Shown: one piece after another, positions 37,870 through 51,000 of the stretch
Position numbering within the stretch: position 1 is the stretch's first letter
How the letters are laid out: each line of letters starts with the position of its first letter
DNA from: Heterodontus francisci
Taxonomy: Eukaryota
Direction: 5' to 3'
Assembly: GCF_036365525.1 (NCBI RefSeq)
Contig: NC_090411.1
Location: 33,450,804 to 33,514,803 of the forward strand
Length of the DNA stretch: 64,000 bases
Position numbers and translations under genes: made by a program
The notes under the pieces: model-generated
What the model saw: only the letters and a program-made list of their open reading frames with translations
Database searches by the model: none
Told to the model about the DNA's origin: nothing

Positions 37870-38020
37870 GCAGGTCGCCTCTGATTGGTCCGACCTGTTG
37901 CCCGCCCCCTAAAGGTCCCCATACTATTGGGAGACTGGGTTATCAGTTAAGTGACGCCAGCACGCTGTGGCTGTTTGCAGGGCACGCACAGTGGGAGGCT
38001 GCTGGAAGATGGCGGACAGG
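37870..38020 (+). promoter_or_regulatory. ATP5MF proximal promoter
   Basis: Reverse CCAAT boxes (gattgg ~37883, attgg ~37926), GC box gcccgcccc ~37900 and a YY1-type aagatggcgg overlapping the start codon. No clear TATA box. Confidence 0.6.
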
Positions 38021-38024
38021 CCGG
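38009..38024 (+). CDS. ATP5MF: ATP5MF coding exon 1
   Basis: aagATGGCGGACAGGCCGG|gtgagg. Confidence 0.9.
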
Positions 38025-41000
38025 GTGAGGAGTGGATACATTGTATCCGTAGGTGGATACATTGGCGTTCCATAGGGGCTGCACCTGATACAGTGTATCC
38101 CGCGGTTGCGACTACGATACAGATACGGGGAGAGGCTGAAGCTGAGGCAAAAGGGAAGACAACCTCTGGGCAAGGTCACCCTGAGTCAGCCGGAGCTCAT
38201 CCCTGGAGGCCATTGAGTGACAGGAATTGGGGCAGAGCAGAGGGGTTAGGACTGGGGTAGTGAGCTGGGGGGTTGAGGGGAAAGAGAGGGAATCTCCCAG
38301 AGGCAGGGGTTGGAACTGGGGCACAGTGAGCTGGGTGTGCAAATCTCCCATAGAGAGGTGCTGGGAGCCAGTGTACACTCAGTCTCCTGGGATAGAATGA
38401 GCTGGGGGGGGAGAGGTGGAATCTACCAGACAGAAGGGGTTGGGAACTGGTCTATTAGGGTTCAGAGTGGAATCTAAGCCAAAGAGATTGGCTGTGCCCC
38501 TATCGGGTTTGAGTGAACTGGGGTATAGTCTAACAGAGAGAGAAAGGGACTGTGAACTGGTACATTGGGGGGGGGGTGGGTTCAGAATGAACTCGGGAGA
38601 ATCTAACCCAAAGAGAAGGGACTGTAAGCTAGTGTAGTGGGGTTCAGAGTCAGGAGGCAATCTATTGCAGAAAGAGATGGATTGTGAACTGCTCCATCAG
38701 GGATGATCCGAGGTGCAGTCTTAACTCATCGAGAGAAGCTGTGAGCTTCTGGTCTGTTGGGGATCAGAGTGTATTGGGGAATCTCATCCAGAGATAAGAT
38801 ACAGCATTCAACCTTTTTATAAAAGGAGCAGATTAATTGGTCAGGGCTGAATAACTCCGCATAATGTTGCCAGCAAGGAAGTGGGGGGAAAAAGAGGAGT
38901 TAATCTTATTTGTTGAGGTTTACTGATGCTGTCTGCATACTCACTATATATTATCTATATGCATCTTAATTTTCTGGGAGTGATTGTGGACATAATGTAT
39001 ATAACATTGGTTTGGTGCTAAGGTTAAATGAAAAAGACTCCAAGTTGTAACTGGGCTTTCAAATATTTGCATCAGGCTTGGTATTTCCTTGTTTAGAAAG
39101 AAAATTTAAGATTTATTAAGGAGGTGTTAATTGAATGCATTTCGATAGCTCTGGGTGGGACAGAACTTTTGAATTGTTTATTGAAGGGGGTTGAGACTGA
39201 CGGTTTGAGTGTGAGATTTTGGATGAGTAAATTTCTATCGAGTACATCAGCCCAGATTATGTTATCAAGTCTCTGGAGTGGAGTTTGCACCCAAAATCAG
39301 CTTGACTTGGGCTAGGATGATAACTAACCGAGTCACACTGACCCTTGCAGTCCGTGCGGTAAAGGACATACAACAGTTCAAGAAAGTGGCTCACCACCAC
39401 CTTCTCGGGGTAACTAGGGTTGGGCAGTATTTGCTGGCCTTGCCAGTGATGCCCAGATCCCATGAATGAATAGTTAAGATATTTGTAAGCTTAATTATGA
39501 TTTCTCATTTTACCTGCTATGCTCCCCCCCCCCCCCCCCCAACCCCCCAACCCCCCAATCTTAAATGCTGACCTCTTTTGACCTTTGTTTCTGTGTCAGC
39601 AGTTCCAGTTACGGAGAAGCGTCTGATGGATGTGAAGCTGGGAGAGCTTTCTCGATGGATCACCACACGAGATTTCACTCCCAATGGCGTTCTAGAGGCT
39701 CTACGTCGAGGTGAGGGTGTGATCTGAGCTGATATGGGAATAATTGTGCAGCAAATTGTAATGCAAAAACAGGAATACTTATTGCACGCTTCCTTTAATC
39801 AGTCTTTGTGCCTGTTGAATTTTTTTCCCTGAACAGCACATTGTTTGCCTTGTATATGTCTTGGGATTGAATTGGGGGCAGTTGGGAAGTGAAAGAGAAC
39901 TTCCTTTTAGCTAGTTCAGGCGGGTTGAGGGTAGGAACAGGATGGTTCTCCATCTATGAATCATGCACTTGTGTAAGCACATTTGTGCACTTGTGTTTTG
40001 CACATCTCTGGTCTGTGCTGAGGGCAGCAATAAAGTTGTAGATGGTGTCAGTGCCCTGGCTTAAGAGGGAAGAAAAGGTACGGGGAGCTATAGGGAGAAA
40101 GCAACAAATATTCCTGCCCTTTATTGCGATCCACTGACCCCTGAGTGAAGGTGCTTGTGTGGCTCTGGATCATTTCTGATGCCCTTCATAGTTGAATAGA
40201 TCGATGACACTTGCCTGCTGTCTTGTGAAAGAAGCATGGGCGAGTAACCATTGAGATGTGACCCGAGTCCATGTCTTCAGGAGAAAGGTGGGGGAAGTGC
40301 AGGAAGCTAATTATGTGAGATTGCGTTGGTTAGTGCAGTTTCCTGTATAGATTTTGTAACATATTTAAATAGCCTGAGTGACAACCCTGCAGTTTTCACT
40401 AATTTGAAATTGAGCTGGTAATGGCCATGTTTTAACCTGTCCCATGCTGCTTCTTTCCCCTCTCTCCAGGCCATAACCGGTACTACAACAAGTATATTAA
40501 TGTGAAGCGAGGTGGGATCGGTGGTGTCGCCATGTTGCTGTCTGGTTACGTTCTCATCAGTTACGTCTGGGAGTATGATCACCTAAGTAAGTTGGGCCTT
40601 CTGTTAGTAGGGGCAGAGTTGGCTCTGACTCTTAACTTCCTAGCAAGCCACTCAAGCTATTAAGGCAACAAGGGGATGGGCAATTAATGCAGGCCTTGTC
40701 AGCAACACCCACATCCTGAGAATTTATTTTCCGATCTCAATCACTATCTGGGAAATATTTTGGAATGCCCTGTCCAGCAGCACTGTGGGAACGCCTTCAC
40801 CATATGGACTGCAGAGGTTGAGGAAGATGACTCACTACCACTAGGTGGGGATGTGGTCGGAATATGGGATTAGTGTAGGATTAGTATAAATGGGTGGTTG
40901 GTCGGCACAGACTCGGTGGGCCGAAGGGCCTGTTTCAGTGCTGTATCTCTAAATAAATAAATTAAACAAATAAATAAATAACTACCACAGGGGCAACTAA

Positions 41001-41994
41001 GAAATCAGCAAATAAATGCTGGCCTTGCCAGCGGTGCCCACATCCCAGGAAGTGTCATCTGCAACAACGTCAGCATTGCATTGGGCACCTTTTGTGGGAT
41101 CTTTGAAGGTCCACCACTGCCGCCTTCAGCAGCTGGGGCCGGGCAATAAGTTTACCTTGCCAGCATCCTTTGAAATTGGTAAGATACTTATTTTCGTATC
41201 CATGTTGTTTGCAGCTCCCCCACTTTTGGAATTCCCTTTGGTGGAGTGGGGTGACTATAATAAAACTTACTGTAGTCACAGTGGTGATTTGTCCTGAAAT
41301 CCACCCCACAAAGGACCCGTAATTACCCTGAAAATGCATCCGGTTTACACGGGCAGTCAGTTTAAGGCATCCAGGAGCTGGGCAGAATGTGATGTGAATG
41401 GCAGGGAACCATGCAAGAATCTTCTTGCTCTTATTAAACTTGAGGCGGTTGTGTAGTGTATGAGGATGAATTCTGAGTCAGAAGGTTGTGGGTTCAAGTC
41501 CCACTCCAGGGACTTGAGCAGAAGATCCAGGCTGACACTCCCAGCGGAGTGCTGAGGGAGTGCTGCACTCAGGTGCTGTCTTTTGGATGAGACATTAAAC
41601 CGAGACTCTGTGCCTTCGAGTGGACGTAAAAGATTCATGGTCCTATTTCAAAAGAGCAAGGGAGTTCTCCCCAGTGCTCGGGTCAATATTTGTCCCTCTA
41701 TCATCAATAAAAAGGTGATCTGGTTATCATTGCATTGCCATTTGTGGGAGCTTGCTGTGTGCACATTCGCTGCTGTGTTCCCCTACATTATGCTTCATTT
41801 GCTCTAAAGCACTTTGGCACATCCTGAGGTTGTGATAGGTGCTATAGCAGTGCAAGTTCTTTTCCAAGCTGTAGAGCTGACGCACTGAGACAGGTCAGTA
41901 GATTTCAGTGATCAATTGTTGCCAATTTTTCCTTTGATGGTTTGTCATCTTTCTTCCTCTGACAGAGCATGAGCGTTGGAGGAAGTACCACTGA
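38009..41994 (+). CDS. ATP5MF: ATP synthase F0 subunit f, mitochondrial; exons 38009-38024, 39603-39710, 40470-40586, 41966-41994 (89 aa)
   Basis: Spliced product MADRPVPVTEKRLMDVKLGELSRWITTRDFTPNGVLEALRRGHNRYYNKYINVKRGGIGGVAMLLSGYVLISYVWEYDHLKHERWRKYH*. All introns are GT-AG and phase 1. Matches the subunit f family (DVKLGEL, YYNKY, C-terminal RKYH). Confidence 0.97.
39603..39710 (+). CDS. ATP5MF: ATP5MF exon 2
   Basis: cagcag|TTCCAG...CGTCGAG|gtgagg; encodes VPVTEKRLMDVKLGEL... Confidence 0.95.
40470..40586 (+). CDS. ATP5MF: ATP5MF exon 3 (includes the transmembrane helix)
   Basis: ctccag|GCCAT...CACCTAA|gtaagt; encodes HNRYYNKYINVKRGGIGGVAMLLSGYVLISYVWEYDHL. Confidence 0.95.
40842..40980 (+). 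mobile_element. 5'-truncated HE1-like SINE in ATP5MF intron 3
   Basis: SINE tail plus (aaat)n, with 8-bp TSD actaccac (40834-40841, 40981-40988). Confidence 0.8.
41966..41994 (+). CDS. ATP5MF: ATP5MF coding exon 4
   Basis: gacag|AGCATGAGCGTTGGAGGAAGTACCACTGA; encodes KHERWRKYH*. Confidence 0.95.
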
Positions 41995-42076
41995 TCCGCA
42001 GCTGAATTCCAGATCATTCCGCTCGCTGTATTTATGGAATTTTAAAGAAACGAGTGTTCGAGTCAGAATCATGGAA

Positions 42077-42082
42077 AATAAA
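42077..42082 (+). terminator. Probable ATP5MF polyadenylation signal
   Basis: AATAAA about 80 nt after the stop, followed by a GT/T-rich tract at ~42100-42125. Confidence 0.7.
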
Positions 42083-43019
42083 ATTAGAACCAGTTTCAGT
42101 GTCAATTTGTGTTTATTTTTGGTTTGCCTAGTCGGTGTCGAGACTGAATATTCTAAGTTTAGCTACACTATGAACTGGGTATGGAGTATTTACAACACAA
42201 AGAGGCTTTTTAGTCCCTCCATATGAGCCTCCTCCCACCCCTCTTCATTTTACCCCGACAACATATCAGGGAAAGGTCTCCTCGCTCCTCAGAGTTCTTA
42301 TCCCAGCCACAACAACAGTTTCCACAAAAACTACCCTTGTGGTTTCTTGAATCTCATTGCCAGTTTGTGGTGCTCAGGATTCTGGTCCATTAGGAACACA
42401 TTGAAGCTGAAATATTCCAGATGCATTCGGGACCAACCTATGAGTTCACGAAGAAGGGTCACTGACCCGAAACGTTAACTCTGCTTCTCTTTCCACAAAT
42501 GCTGCCAGATCTGCTGAGTGGTTCCAGCATTTCTTGGTTTTTATTATCTGAGTTCACTACCTTTGCACCCTGTAGTTGATTAACTCTGTCATCTGCACAG
42601 AGAAAGCCTTTGTTCCTCCCGTCATGCCTAGCAAGCTACACACAGACAGTTTTAGTAACGAAAGAGTGCTTAGGCCCAAAAGGAGAGGGTAGGGGCTTTT
42701 CTATGCATTGAAATAAACTCGCAGGGACAAAGTCTCTGCGTTTGATCTCACCTCTGTCTTACCAACAATGAAAGTCTAAATTGTCAGTAAAACTCAAAAC
42801 TTACTGAATGAAATCATATTGTTGTCTGTGTTAACTACACACTCTAGCCTGGCTGGTGCCCACTGTTCATGAATGCTTCATGCGTACTGACAGACACTGC
42901 CTCTCCATCTGCATAGCCGCAGAAGAGATGCAGGTAGCTGGATTGAACAGTCCCCTTGACTGCACTCTGCTTGGGCTGATGGTCTAGGAGCAGTCTGACA
43001 CGGAGGTCCTCTTCTGCGC

Positions 43020-44140
43020 TGGGTGGCCAAAGAATTCTAGAGGTGAGAGTGACTGCCCTTGTCATCAAAACAGCATTCAACCGAGTGTGGCATCAAACAA
43101 CCCAAGTAGAATTGAAGTCCATGGGAATTGGGGAAAACTCTCCACTAGTAGGAGTCATACCTAACATAAAGGAAGATGGTTGTTGGAGGCCAGCCATCTT
43201 AGCTCCCGAATATTGCTGCAGGAGTTCCTCAGGGTAGTGCTTCATCAATGACCTCTCTCATAAGGAGAGAAGTGTGATGATTGCAGAGCGTTCAGTCCCA
43301 TTTGTAACTGCTCAGCTGATAAAGCAATCTGTGCCCACGTACAGAAAAAAACCTGGACAACATTCAGGCTCGGGCTGATATGTGGTAAGTAACATTGGCG
43401 CCACACAAGTGCCAGGCAATGACCATATTCAACAACAGTGTCTAACCATCTCCCCTTGAAATTCAGCAGCATTACTATTGCTGAATCTCCCACCATAAAC
43501 CTCTTGGGGGCTACCATTGATGAAAAACTTAACAGGAACAATCGCATAGATACTGTGGTTACAAGAGTACTGTCAGAGGCTGGGAATTAAGCAGTGAGTA
43601 ACTCACCTAACTCCCCAAAGCATATCCACAAGACATGTCGGGAGTGTGATGGAATACTCCTCACTTGCCTGGATGAATGCAGCTTCAACAACATTCAAGA
43701 AGCTCAACACCATTTCAGCCTGCTTGATCGGCACCCCATCTACTACCTTAAACATTCTCTCCACCACCAATGCACAGCGGCAGCAGTGTGTACCATCTAC
43801 AAGATGTACTGCAGCAATTTGCCAAGGCTCCTTTGACAGCACCTTCTAAATCCGTGACCTCTTACCACCTAGAAGAACAAGGGCAGGAGGCACATGGGAA
43901 CACCACCACCTTCACAAGTTCCTCTCCAAAGTCACAAATCATTCTGACATGAAAATATATCACCGTTCCTTCATTATTGCTGGGTCAAAATCCTGGAACT
44001 CTCTCCCTAACAACACTGTGGATGTACCTATACCACATGCACTGCAATGATTCAATAAGGCAGCTCACGACCACCAATTAGGAATGGGCAATAAATGTTC
44101 GCCTTACCAGCAATGCCCATATCCCATGAATGAATAAAAA
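43020..44140 (+). mobile_element. Older copy of the LINE at 20074-21846
   Basis: VRVTALVIKTAFNRV, gttcctcagggtag and the same catgaatgaataaaaa end. Confidence 0.8.
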
Positions 44141-44299
44141 ATGGCTCAATTTTAAATTTCTCACACTCATGTTTAAATCCTTCAAGGCCTCACCCTTCCC
44201 TATCTCTGTAACCTTTTCCAGCAAGCTCAGACACACCATTCATAAATGATCTCCTCTGCCTTCCAAAAAAACTCTCTAGTCCCTCTGGCAGTCTCACTT

Positions 44300-44612
44300 A
44301 AAGGCCTGCTTGGGTATGAAATTGAAACACGACCCGGGCCGAGTCCTTTGATTTTTTCCGGCGTCCGACGCGACCCGGCTAATAAAGTTAATTATATCAA
44401 ACTTACCTTGTCCAAATGTTGTGATTGTCTGTTCCGGCAGCAGGCTATTCCTGCAGAATCATGAAGACGTTCCCACCCTGAGCAAGGCAGCACCATGTCC
44501 CCGTCCAGCCCGACCCGTCTCAAGCCCGAATGCCGGACCCGGAAGAGAGACCCCACCCGACCCGAACCCGACACATGTCGCCAGGTCTGGTCGGGTTCGG
44601 GACGGGTAGCTA
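44300..44612. mobile_element. CpG-rich element with (c)ccgaccc motifs, possible MITE or DNA transposon remnant
   Basis: Repeated gacccg/cccgacccg and an internal inverted pair cccgacccgaacccgac...gtcgggttcgggacggg. Clean TIRs and a TSD were not resolved. Confidence 0.4.
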
Positions 44613-44824
44613 TGTTTTCGTCTCACTTACCCGGTACAAAGTGATCCCTGTATTTCACCTTGAAAAGAACAGAAAACCATCTGAAAGTGTTACTGAGGCA
44701 GAAACTCTGACAGATAAATATGCACCTAATTTATCACCATATGCCTTTAACACAACACTTGCCCCCAAAACATGCTTTTTTCAGCAGCTTCATCCCAGCT
44801 AATTGTACTAGCAGCTCCTTGCAA

Positions 44825-45072
44825 ACCTTTGATTGGATAAATTGGAGTGCCTGGCACTTGATTGGGTGCTGACTCCAAAGGGTGGGCAAATGGGTAGGGG
44901 CTGGTTGAGAATAAATGCACTGATTGGATAATCTTAAGTGCCAATCATGTGTTATCAGATGACGATGGTGCTGATATAGGGCTCTGGCTGTTGCAATTGT
45001 TTTATATGTTCTGTTAGGAAGCTAGTTGTAACTGGAAGCTGAGAGAGGGAGAGGAAAAGAAAACGAGTGGCT
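44825..45072 (+). promoter_or_regulatory. Probable galectin promoter and 5' UTR
   Basis: Four CCAAT/ATTGG boxes (~44832, 44861, 44923, 44942) and a TATA-like ttttatat at ~45000, upstream of ATG 45073. Confidence 0.5.
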
Positions 45073-45081
45073 ATGAAGACT
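45073..45081 (+). CDS. Galectin coding exon 1 (MKT), inferred
   Basis: gctATGAAGACT|gtgagt: strong phase-0 donor and 9-nt size, next to the CCAAT cluster. Short, so less certain than the other exons. Confidence 0.7.
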
Positions 45082-48000
45082 GTGAGTATTAAACTAACAC
45101 TGAGTTGATCTAACTGAAGTGCAGCTAGAAGTGAGTTGTATAATTGTCTTGAAGTGGCATACTGTTAGCTGGTTTAAAACTAGGGTCTGTGTTTCTCATC
45201 AGGGCCTTTAATCTGTAGGTGAAGACTTTGTTTTTTTAAATCAACAATTAGTTGCTGTGCAAAAGGTAGTAATTACAATTGACATTAAGCAGTTCATATC
45301 AATAGGTTTGAGGATGTTGAATGGTTGGGAGCTGTAGTGGTATAAAAAATTGTGAGTTGAAAAAGGTAATGACCTGACTGATTCCTCCAATGAATATGAC
45401 TTGAGATAATGGCTTTTTTGCAGAATAAAGCTTCAATTGATTTTTTTTTTTGGAAACCTGTCATAAATTGTAGTTCATAGATCTGGTTCCCTGAGAATCT
45501 CCTGCTCTCAGCAGACAGAACAACTCATTGGCTTACAAATGTTATTGGTTGTCTATTTAATCTCTAATAGGTCAGAACTCTTAACAAATGTTACATTCCT
45601 GCATCTGAAAATTGTTTACAAAACTTAAAAAAAAAACTGGCCTGTTAGCATTATGTTGCAATGCATAACTGTTTAAGGTCCTGATGACTAAGATTGGGCT
45701 GACTTCTACTGGAGTGTTATTAAACTGATATTTCTCTAGTGCCTTTCACATATCCCAAGTTGCTTTATAGCCAATTACTTTTGAAGTGTCACTGTTGTAA
45801 TATAGGAAATGTGACCGCCAATTTGCACATAGCAAGATTTCCTTGAACAGCAATGTGGTAATGACCAGATTGGTTGTGTGATAAATATTGGGCAAGACAC
45901 CAGGGAGCACTCTCCCTGCTGTCTTTCATAATGGTGTCCTGGGATCATTTATCCCCACTTGAGGGCTGACAAGCCTTGGGTTAATATCTTATCTTATCTT
46001 ATCTGAAGGGTGGTGCATCTGACATTGTGGCACTGGAGGTACCAGCCTGGATTATGTCCAGGTCTCCTGAATCCACAGCTGACGTGGCGGTGCACATTTT
46101 AGTGATATCCAGTAGCTGTTGGGGAGGTTTCAGATCATCAGGTTTTGTTATGATTACAGCAAGTAAAACTTTGTATTCTGGATCAAAGTGGTTTTGTTTC
46201 TGTGCATTGGGGAGAAAACGTGCTCATGCGAGCCTGGGTCATGAGGGAGAATCAGAAGTGTAGTAATTCTTTAAAGATCTGAATACCACTTTTCTTGTAA
46301 TCACCATTTTGTTCATGTCCAGCACTTGCGCTACCTGCCACTCATCCTGTATTGTTCCTGGCTGGAAAACCGACTGTTTAGAATCTGCTCGTTACTGGTT
46401 CCACTCATTTGCTATTGTCTCTTCACTGGGTTACATGGCAGGTTTTCTGCCTTTGTGTGCATTGCATACATCCATGGCCAAGAGGGGTTTTTTTTTTTTT
46501 TTTGCAACTTTAAAAATCTGGTTGCTCATGCCAATCTAGTTGCTGCAAATATCATTACACTCATCCACCAATAAAGTGATTGGGTCTGTTTTAGCACAGC
46601 TGATTCTGAAATGCTAGCTGGCAGGAGCTTTTGTTATTGAAGTGACGTTTTGTTCACTCACTCACTAGAAAAATCTTTTACAAACGTTTGAATGAGAAAG
46701 CAGCTTTGAGGTTTGTGACCTGGGTCTGTGAATGCAATGGGTAATCCATGTTCTACAACAGCTTGGAAAAAAAGTACTTGAACATCTGTAACCTTCTGAC
46801 CAACGGTCTGCCTAGCTGAGCTAAAGCCTGCTATTGACTATATTTCAGGAATCAATCCAACTTGTATAAGTTTCCAGGTGGTTTTTGAGGTCACTCTCTC
46901 CAGAGTTCCTGATGCTGATGTCCTCAAAACAAAGGAGACAAAACGGGTTGTTTAAAAGTTTGCTTTTTTTGCTAAAACTAGGTAGGAACTATTGTATTGG
47001 CACCTGTAATGGTGTCTTTTGTCCAACATGACAGACTGATGTGCTACTCTACAATAAATATTATTTCACTTCTGCTCCCAGTCGTCCCTATCATAGAATT
47101 GATCACCAGCTATGGTGAAGTTGGATTGTTAGGCTACCCAGGTCCTTCTGCTCTCAAAAATGAGCACTGCACAATGCCTAATTCCTCTGTGTTGAGGCCC
47201 TGTTCCCACCTCAGCCTGCAGTACTAGAAACAGCAATGCAGGGAATCATGGAGGCTGCTTGGCCCATGTCTGTGCCAGCTGCAAAACAATCCACCCAGTC
47301 TAATCCCACCTTCCAGCATTTGGTCCGTAGTCCTGCAGGTTACAGCTCTTGAGGTGCATATCCAGACTTTTTTTTTTGAATGAGCTGAGGGTTTCTGCCT
47401 CAACTACCCTTTCAGGTGGTGAGTTCCAAACCTCCTCCACCCTCAGTGAAAATTTTTTTCTTCGACTCCCCTCTAGCCTTTCTACCAATCACTTTTTTTT
47501 TAAAAACCACTGACCTCTCTGCTAAGGTAAATAGGCCCTCTCATCCACTCTATCCAGGCCCCTTGAAATGTACAAAATTGCAATCTGATCTTTCCTCTGC
47601 TTCCAAGGAGAACATCCCCAGCCTATCCAATCTTTCCTCATAGCTTCATTTTTCCAGTCCTGGCAACATCCTCAAATCTCCTCCCTACCCTCTCTAGTGC
47701 AATTGCATCCTTTTCTGTAATGAGGTGACCAGAACTGTACACAGTACAGATGTGGCCTAACCAATGAGTTATACAGTTCCAGCATAACTTCCCTGCTCTT
47801 GTATTCTATACCTTGGCTAATAAAGGAAAGGATTCCATATGTCTTATCCGCTTTATTGACCTGTGCTGCCACCTTTTGGAATCTGTGGACATTTACTCCA
47901 AGGCCCCTCACCACCTCTACAGCTCAGTATTTTTCCATTAATCGTGTATTCCTTTGCTTTGTTTGACCTCTCCAAATGCATCACCTTGCATTTGAGTTGA

Positions 48001-51000
48001 ATTCCATTTGACACTTTTCTGCCCATCTGACTGGACTATCAATATCATCTTGGGGCCTACAGATATCCTCCTCGCTATCTACCACAGGGCCAATCTTTGT
48101 CATTTGCAAACTTCCTGATCATGCCCCCTACATTATGTCCAAATTGTTAATATATCTCAAAGCAGAGGCCCCAGTACTGAGCCCTGTGGAATGCCACTGG
48201 AAATAGTCCTCCAGTTGCAAAAATACCTCAACAATTACCCTATGTTTCCTGTGACTGAATTTTGGATTCACCTTGCTGAATTTCCCTGGATACCATAGAA
48301 TTTTTTTTAACCAGTCTGCCATGTGGGATCATGCCAAACTCCTTGCTTAAATCCATGTAGACCACAACTGCACTACCCTCATCTATCTTCCTTGCTACTA
48401 CTTCAAAAAATTTAGTCAAACAAGATCTTCCCTTAACAAATCCATGCTGACTATCCTTGATTTAACCTGTGCCAGTCTAAGTGGCCGTTTATCCTGTCTC
48501 AGAATAGATTCCAATAATTTGCCCACTACTGAAATATAGAAAATGGGAGTAGGCCATTCAGCCCTTTGAGCCTGCTCTGCCATTCATTATGATCATGGAT
48601 GATCATCCAACTCAGTAGCCTGTTTCTACATTTGTCCCATACCCTTCGATCCCTTTAGACCTAATAGAAACATAGGTTAGACTGACTGGCCTGTAATTCA
48701 GTTGGTCTGCCTCTCTTTAAACAGAGGCACAATGTTAGGAGTCTGCCAGACCTCTGGCACCACACCTGTATCCAGTGAGGACTAGGAAATGGTCAGGCCT
48801 TCCACTATTTCCTCTTGCTTTTAAATAGCCTGGGGTACATTTCATCCAGCCCTTGTGATTTTATCACCTTTTCAAGGATGCTAATCCCATTAATACTTCC
48901 CCTCTCCCTAATGTTGATATCCAATACTTCACACCCCTCTTCCTTAACTACAATATCTGCATTGTTGTCTTTTGTGACAGCCAATGCAATGTATTCATTA
49001 AGGACCATACCAACATCTTCCCCTATATGTTACCTTTTTGATCTTTTATGGGTTCTAATCTTTAGTTATCCTTTTTACTCTTTAATGTATTGATAAAACA
49101 TGTTTGGGTTCACTTTTTGAATTTGCTTGCTGATATTCATTCTTGCCCTCTCTGCTTTCCTGATTTTTTTTTTTTCCTTTTTGATTTCACCTTCCACTTC
49201 CTATAATTCTCTAACAAATAAAAACTCTCTCTAGTGGTAGAGGAGTCAGTAATGAGGACCGAGATTAAAGCTGGTTAGCTGCATTATTCTGATTCCATAA
49301 TTGTCAGATCTCTAGGAACTGACGGTGCTAAATTGACATCTTTAGTGAGTGGTGTGGGAATTGAGAATGACGTGGCTTTTGAGCTTAAAATCTACTTTTG
49401 AGTTGGTTTTTAACTTTCTCAAAATTGAGACTGGCTTTTTCCAAAGGAAGGGAGACTACTCATTCTGAAGTGAATCCAAAAGTTTTTAAAACTTTGTAAC
49501 CTTTGTGCGGGTCAATCTTTAGCCTGAAGATTTCCTTCAAGAGCTAAATCTATAAACCAGATGAGCTGTCTAACCAGTTAGTAGGCAAGACTTTCCCCTT
49601 GGATGCCTCATATTTCAAATTCACTTGGTGCCAATTCTCTAGAAAACTAGCAGTGAGTTTAATCTTTAATTGCTGTGCTTTTTTTGTCGGCAGAATTGGA
49701 CATTTCTGTATTCAATATCTACAGTGACCTGATGAAACACTTTTTTTTTTTTTTATTGTGCAACACTGTGAAGTTGGGGCTTAAATACAGCAATGAAGTT
49801 TTACTTTGCAAGTAAAACTAAATTCTGAACTTCAGTGGGGGGCTGGTGGGCAGGGCTTGAGTATTAAATCCAGATGCCTAGCATTGGTCAAAAACTGCAT
49901 GGCATGATCCTTTTGACTCTTGACTATACAGAATAGATTGGGTTTTTTTTTCTATTAATTTTCCATCTCCACCCACTCATCTTTGAAAGGGGAGTTTCTA
50001 TCTTTGGGGCTTGCCACTTTCCATGAACATTGTTGTCTTTTTGAACATTGTTTTGCTGTCCACGTTTTAGCCCATGTTCAGAGCACTCAATGCCTTGGTG
50101 TCATTGTTACCATGTGTCTTCAGTGTGAGTATGTTGTACTTTGTACAGTTTTCAGGCTGAACAATCTAGATCCTAGTGAATACTATACATCCAATGGAAT
50201 GGTCTACTACAAATGCCTTGTGTTGCACTGTTTCTGCTGCTAGTCACTTTGTGACCATCACTCTTTTTTCCTTTGGGATCCTAATGCTTTCACAATGGGA
50301 AAGTTTTTGGTTTAGCCCATCCTGCCTCACCAGTTTAAATGTTTGTTAAACTTGAATATGCCTTCATGACAATTCCCTGCCAAGGCTAAATGCCCACATT
50401 GGGTTTTCCATGACTACTTTGGCTCTTGAATGTCATGGAACTGTTTTTATTCTGTTTAAAAAGTGTGCCTTTAAGACTGAGCAGTGTGCCAGCAGCTGTA
50501 CCTGTTTCTCTCTACAGTGAGAGGGAAGGTCAAATGGGGTACTGTAACTTTAATTGTGGATAAAGACTGGTTTCAACCAGCTTGAATTAGTGTTTAGCAA
50601 TACATGCTCTGAAGGGAAGAAGCTGTCTATATTTCTTAACAGAAAAACTACATTGAGTTACAGGCTGTGTTATTGCCTAATGGAAAAATCCCTGAAAGAA
50701 TATTCCTCTTCAAGAGGGACTCTTGTTTGTTTTCTGAAATTCTCTTAAGTTTCTATTGAAATGACCAATTTTTGAATCCAAATAGACCTGTAGCTATACT
50801 CTTTAAAAGAACTAACGCCTGCTGGAACTGAGTGCTTTTAACACCTATCCTTTACAGACTGTCATTCACCTGGAGACTGAGTGACATCTGATTATTCTAA
50901 TCTGGGACACCTCACCAATCAGGAACATAACTCACCAGGACTTGCAACACAGCTACTTATTTTATTTACTAGTTTTTAAAAATAGTATTTAACTTTTTTG

